Below are positions 58,538 to 64,000 of a stretch of 64,000 nt of DNA, piece after piece (position 1 is the stretch's first letter; every line of letters starts with the position of its first letter). The stretch is from positions 37,820,001-37,884,000 of the forward strand of contig OX597830.1 of the NCBI GenBank assembly GCA_951406725.2, written 5' to 3'. The position numbers were made by a program, and so were the translations under genes. Below the pieces are notes generated by a model. It worked only from the letters and a program-made list of their open reading frames with translations, had not been told where the DNA came from and did no database searches. This stretch comes from Octopus vulgaris (Eukaryota).

Positions 58538-60455
58538 TAGAGAAGCTCAGATCATTTGGTGGCAGAGGAAAGCAGGGGCGATGAAAAACTATGCGGATTA
58601 ACGAGACTTGCACCGCTTTTATGACGCAACGAAAGAGATCTTCGCCCCGACATTGTCGGGGCGAAGGTCTCTTTCTTCAGGTCACCCAGGATCTCTTTCT
58701 CCATGTCATCCACCTGGAGAACGCTAGATGCGTTCTCTAGGTGGGTGACCTGGAGAACGCATCTAGCTCTTCGATAACCGTTACTCAGGTAAGACTCGAT
58801 CGCCGGAAGTCTCATTTCGAGACCCTACTGAACGACCATTCCCACCGTCCTGACAATCCCCTCCAAAACACCTCAAAGCTCCCCATCTGCCATTGGATGA
58901 CCCTGCCGCTCTCGTCCCATGAGTGCAATAAGGTGCCATTGGACGTCCCTGCCAACCTTGCCCCATCAGTTCAACAAGGTACTGGAGCGCATGAAGCTGG
59001 GCAAAGCCCCAGGGCCAAACAACATACTGTATGAGTTTTTCACTTACGGATGTCCTGAGAAGGACACTCTTGAGCGACTTCCGCGATGCAGCTATCAGCA
59101 CCATCTGAAAGAAGAGAGACCGAGAGGATTGAAACAAGAATAGGGGCATCTTACTTCTGAGTATTGAAAGCAAGATCTTCGCGCGTATCCTACTCGATCG
59201 CCTCCTCGTCCAGGCGGAAGACATCCTCCATCTCGAGGCACAGTCGACAGACCTATTGTGCCCACCAACTTCAGGAGAATTGTGAAGAACCATAACAGCC
59301 TGCAATGTTCCTCTTGCAAGGACTTCATTGCCCTAGTCCCTTCCTTTCACGATGTCATGGTGGGTATTTTGATGGAGGCCATCAAAATGCCCTCACACAC
59401 CAGTTTCCCATTACTGGTGGGATCTTAAGCAAGGTCGCATCCTAGCACCAACCTGTTTCTATTTGTACATGGCCACCATGTTCAACGAATTCCCACTAGA
59501 CTCGCCTTCCATCAATGGACCTCCGCCATCTCAATCTGTGACATGCTGGGTGTCGACGACAATACCATCCCGAGCCGGACTGCCGATGGCTTACAAGCGA
59601 CGGCCGATCTTTACAACGCGGCTTACGAACGCTTCGGGATGTAGGTAAACACATTAAGGACAAAGACCCTTATCCAACCTGCAGCAGGCCAGAACAGTCT
59701 ACCTACGAGCAGTAGCATCATCGGTTAACTCCTAGAAGAAGTTGAATACTTCTCCTAACTTGGGAGTGTCCTTTGGAAGATCCCAAAGTGTGAAAAGGAC
59801 GTGGAGAACCGGATCAGAGCGGTCGACTCCGCCTTCGGTGGACTGCGCCAACGTGTATTCTTCAATCACGCGTTGACCATCCGGACAAAGTTCATGGTCT
59901 GCTTGTCATTGTTCTGTGAACTCTTCTCTACGCAGTACCGTCGTGAATTTAAACGCCTTGAATGCTTCCAGCAATCCAAGATACGATAGATTCTCCATAT
60001 TCGATGGTAAGAGCTGCGCCTCCCTACTAAACGTCGAAGACACCATTCTTTGCCATCGTCACCGCTGGGCAGGTGAAGTCCAGCGTACTGAGCCCTCTCG
60101 TCCCCCGATGATCACGCTCTACGGAAAACTTAGAATCGGAAAAAGACTCAGGGGAGGTCCGAAATTTCGTTTTAAAGATCCAGCTCAAACGGGCCCTGGT
60201 TCAAATAACATCCAGCCATCCTCATGGGAACAAATTACCTTATATAGGACAGCCTGGAGGACTGCTATCCACAATGGAGGTAAAACGCGGGAGGAGAAAA
60301 GGACGTTTTCAACATGCTCGACCCGCACTGACCATCCGGTGCCAATTCTGCCCACGAATCTTTCACTACCAGCTTGGACTCCAAAGTCACATTCGGCATA
60401 AACATCTGCCGAGGAGACTGGATAGTAACTGCTTGGATACCAGCTGGAGCCGACG
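58538..60455 (+). mobile_element. RTE-clade LINE, 5'-truncated and decayed
   Basis: WWQRKA..MKNYAD, FYDATKEIFAP, HFETLLN, MKLGKAPGPNNI, RIRAVDSAFGGLRQRVF...TIRTK, RWAGEVQR...LYGKLRIGKRLRGGPKFRFKD, WEQITLYRTAWR, and a C-terminal CQFC...GLQSH..KH finger. Confidence 0.9.
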
Positions 60456-61242
60456 ATATATATATATATGTGTATGTGTGTATGTGTGTGGGTGTTTGTA
60501 TTACATACTTCATATGTTTCTTGTTACTGGATATCTCATGTATCATGCAGTTTTCGGTTGTGTTCTCCAATGTAATGCATAAACTATATTTAATTATCAC
60601 GTCAAGCCTCTCTCTACTAATGCACGTCAACAGATATTATCATACGCATGTTAGAAATTGATATATTTAGCAACACTTCATTCTAATATATATTTGGTAA
60701 AGGATATATTTAGAAGTTTCTCAACTTTTGTAAAATTGTATATTTACGATATTTAAAAGGCATATTTCTCAGGCCGCGCACAATCTAATGACGGTGTCAG
60801 AATGTACAATGTCCGATATATGTAAAGTTGCGTTTCAATTGTTATGTAGGTCTAGAAACATTGGCAGAAGTTAATCGATGGGACAAGCAAAAGATTGTCA
60901 GTGTATATTAGTGTGATTTGCACATACATAGAAGAGAACTGGAACATGCAATAATTGAAGATGCTTGAATGAAGGCGAAGGCGTGTAATATGTAGTTACG
61001 TCTCCAGCATTATGAACATGACACGAGCAAGTATGCAGATGAGTATGTCTAACATGATATACATAAAAGTAAACACATGGACAGATGTCTATTAGCAAAT
61101 CTAATGCTCTTGTATGATATAGTTTGAAATTGATACAAAATAGAAAACATTTTCTTATTCGGGACATAAGAAAAGTTTAGAATAATAATAGATTATTTCC
61201 TTCTAAGTGATCGCAGTATATACGAAGAATATATATATGCAA

Positions 61243-61650
61243 AGGCACATGCGTGTCTATGTGGTAAGAAGCTTGTCTCCTAATCACATGGTTCCGTGAC
61301 CAATCCTATTGCATGGAAACTTGGGCAAGTGTCTTTCAAAATAGCCACGGGCCGACGAAAGACTTGTGAATGGATTTCATAGATAGAAACTGAAAGAAGT
61401 TCCTCGTATATACCTGTGTATATATATGTATGTGTATGTGTGTGTGTGTGTGTGTCTATGTGCCTTTCTGTGTCCGTTTGTGTCACACACCACCGCTTGG
61501 CAACCGACTGGGCGGAAGATATCGATAGAATATGATCCAGCCTTAAGAAAAGAAAACCATAAGGACTAGAGTCAATTCGATCGACTAACATTCTTCAAGT
61601 CGGTGCTCCAGCATAGCCGCAGCTTACTGATAAAAACACGTAAAAGTTAA
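61243..61650 (+). mobile_element. SINE family A, diverged
   Basis: Colinear with 11843-12243, including the cggtgctccagcatagccgcag tail. Confidence 0.8.
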
Positions 61651-62143
61651 ACCAATTGATGTTGTTACATTGGTATGAATTAATATTATGTAATGCTATG
61701 GAGGCAAAAGGAGTGAACATTTGAGGGAGAGAGATCGACGATTTCCATGGTGTCAGTCCTCAATTTGTATTTATTTAATCGACATCTCTTTAAAATATAT
61801 AAACATATTTGCCAAATGACGCCTGCAGTTTGGACGGAACCATGAGCCCTTTGCTTCTGACGCAAACTTCTTAATTGCACACCTATTCATCAAAGTGCTT
61901 TATTATATATATAAGAGTAATTCACATTTAGTAAGGGAATTTGAACTCACAACTTGATGACTTTCTTACAATCCTGTTAGCTGGCCGGCTTCAATTGATT
62001 TCTTATGATACGTATATATGTACACACATGCATGTGGTGTAGTTATGAATATGTATACACACACACACACATATATATATATATAGGTATATATACATGC
62101 AAACATGAACATATACGTCGAGGCACACACATACCCAGAAGCG

Positions 62144-62187
<44 letters not shown>

Positions 62188-64000
62188 AGTACGTGTATGT
62201 AGAAGTATGTACTGTGTTAGAGTGCAGGCAAATATATTGTACAAGTCGATAAATCTCCAATATGCCTGAATAGGCACCCAGAGGAAGCATCAGAGCATCG
62301 ATTATATGTCAAATATTTTATAAACGGATTCCATGTGATTTCAAATTTATGAGATAACCTTCGATTGTCCCTAATGTATAGAAACACAGAACTCAAATAT
62401 ATGTGATTATAGACAATTGCTATTCGCTTCAATTCTAGATTAAAATCTATTTAATTTCCAACCATTCTTTACATTTGATCTAGTACATTTTTCGTGTTTA
62501 CTTTTTTAAGCAGGCCGTAAACTGTTATATTGACTTCAAGTGGATATAAAGATTCGATTAGTTTGCTTATGTTGCCGGCACATATTTTCTGACACCGTGA
62601 GCTGGGGATTTGAAATATATATAATATGTGAATAGCAATACAAGTAATTTAATCCGACGTATACCATATCTTGTAACTTGCTTCCATCAAATGCTATATC
62701 GTTACGAAGTATAGAATTGCATTAACCCATTAGGATATTGTGTTCAACTTTCAAGACAAGGTCTATAACTTCTTTTTTCTTATTTTACAACTATCTACAA
62801 GATAATTATCTCTTAATAAGATCAGATTATATAAGTTCTGTTTATCATGAAAAATGAATCTCCCATTCCATCTTCATTATGACAGACTATAACTTCTGGT
62901 TCATTCAATGGTTATTTGGAAGTCCTTTTTATATATATAGAAATGTAGGGGAATTACATCTCGTCGCTGATATTCCCTTGAAAATGAATGACTGGAGTCA
63001 ATAGTGGTCTTATTGGTATGCATTGAAAAGATGAAACTTGAAATATCTCCAATTATTAACTGTACTTATCGATCTTTAGCGGTAATTGCAACGTTTGTTG
63101 TATAATCGACAGATATTCCTAGTTATTTCCCGTGAATGACAGATCAGTTTTGGCGCGAGTCAGGTTTGCGTTCACGCCATACCTTGTATGATACTATGAA
63201 ACAACCAATGGTCAATTATGTTTTTTTTTTTATCAACCCAATTTCCATATGTACACTGACATAGAGAAGGACCATAAGCTTTGACGATTGCCGATCGTTT
63301 GTTTTTGTGAACAATTTTGTACCCGAACCATACTTCATTATCCATTTGCTAGCATATCTTCTTTTTTGTCTCGTATATGCTAGCAGATTGTTGTCACATT
63401 CAATGGAACGAGTTCCTAACATTTATAACCTTGTTTGAAATTATATAGTTCCCATGTGGAAACTTATAAAAACAGAAATCTTTTCCATTAAATAGTATTT
63501 AAAGTGCCCTGCATCGAGACTAGCAGAAATAGTTCGCAGTATATTCTATTCCATTCAGATGCAAACATTGCTATGAGGAGAACATAGTGCAACTATTATG
63601 ATGCCTTGGAGGTAATTTCTGCGATATTACAATGAAACTAGAAATAGTTATAATGTAACCTGACCTCAATGGTAATGTTTCTTTCCTTGCTATCAATATT
63701 GAAATTAAACCCGTAAAGCATTTATGCATGTATGTCAAACAGATATAAACGTATTACATCATGTAAAAGAGAAACAAAAATCTAAGCATTTTAAGCTGGT
63801 AGTCAAAATTCATAAAAACATTGCCAGGGTATTTTCAACTAAGAACATTTTCCTGACAGCAACATAATGCAGACACTTCCACACTACTGCTTTTTCTTTT
63901 TGTATTTGCTGAGTAACGCGCATATAGAAATGTATTTTTCAACAATTATAAGACGGAAAATAATGCTGAACAAATTAGGCATTACTTTGTACATCATAAT

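Overview
AT-rich eukaryotic non-coding DNA with no recognisable host-gene exon, rRNA, true tRNA or CRISPR array. Nearly all ORFs in the track are translated microsatellites. The SINE families and the density of (TA)n, (CA)n, (TATG)n and (ATT)n tracts suggest an octopus/coleoid genome (inference, not proven). Decayed elements: a ~3.1 kb CR1/Jockey-group LINE (49.1-52.2 kb), an RTE LINE (58.5-60.5 kb), two R4/Dong-like remnants, a full-length Tc1/mariner with TIRs (42.8-44.2 kb), two MITEs, and many copies of three tRNA-headed SINE families. The main finding is about six distinct short non-coding element families carrying minimal type-I hammerhead ribozyme motifs (CUGANGA, stem II, GAAA, mostly palindromic stem III, NUH). 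They often have an inverted partial duplication of their own end and mostly sit in (TA)n or other simple-repeat tracts. This resembles Penelope-like pseudo-LTRs or retrozymes. Two cores look intact (57488-57573, 14774-14827), and one element joins a tRNA-like Pol III head to a hammerhead tail (55.7-56.15 kb).
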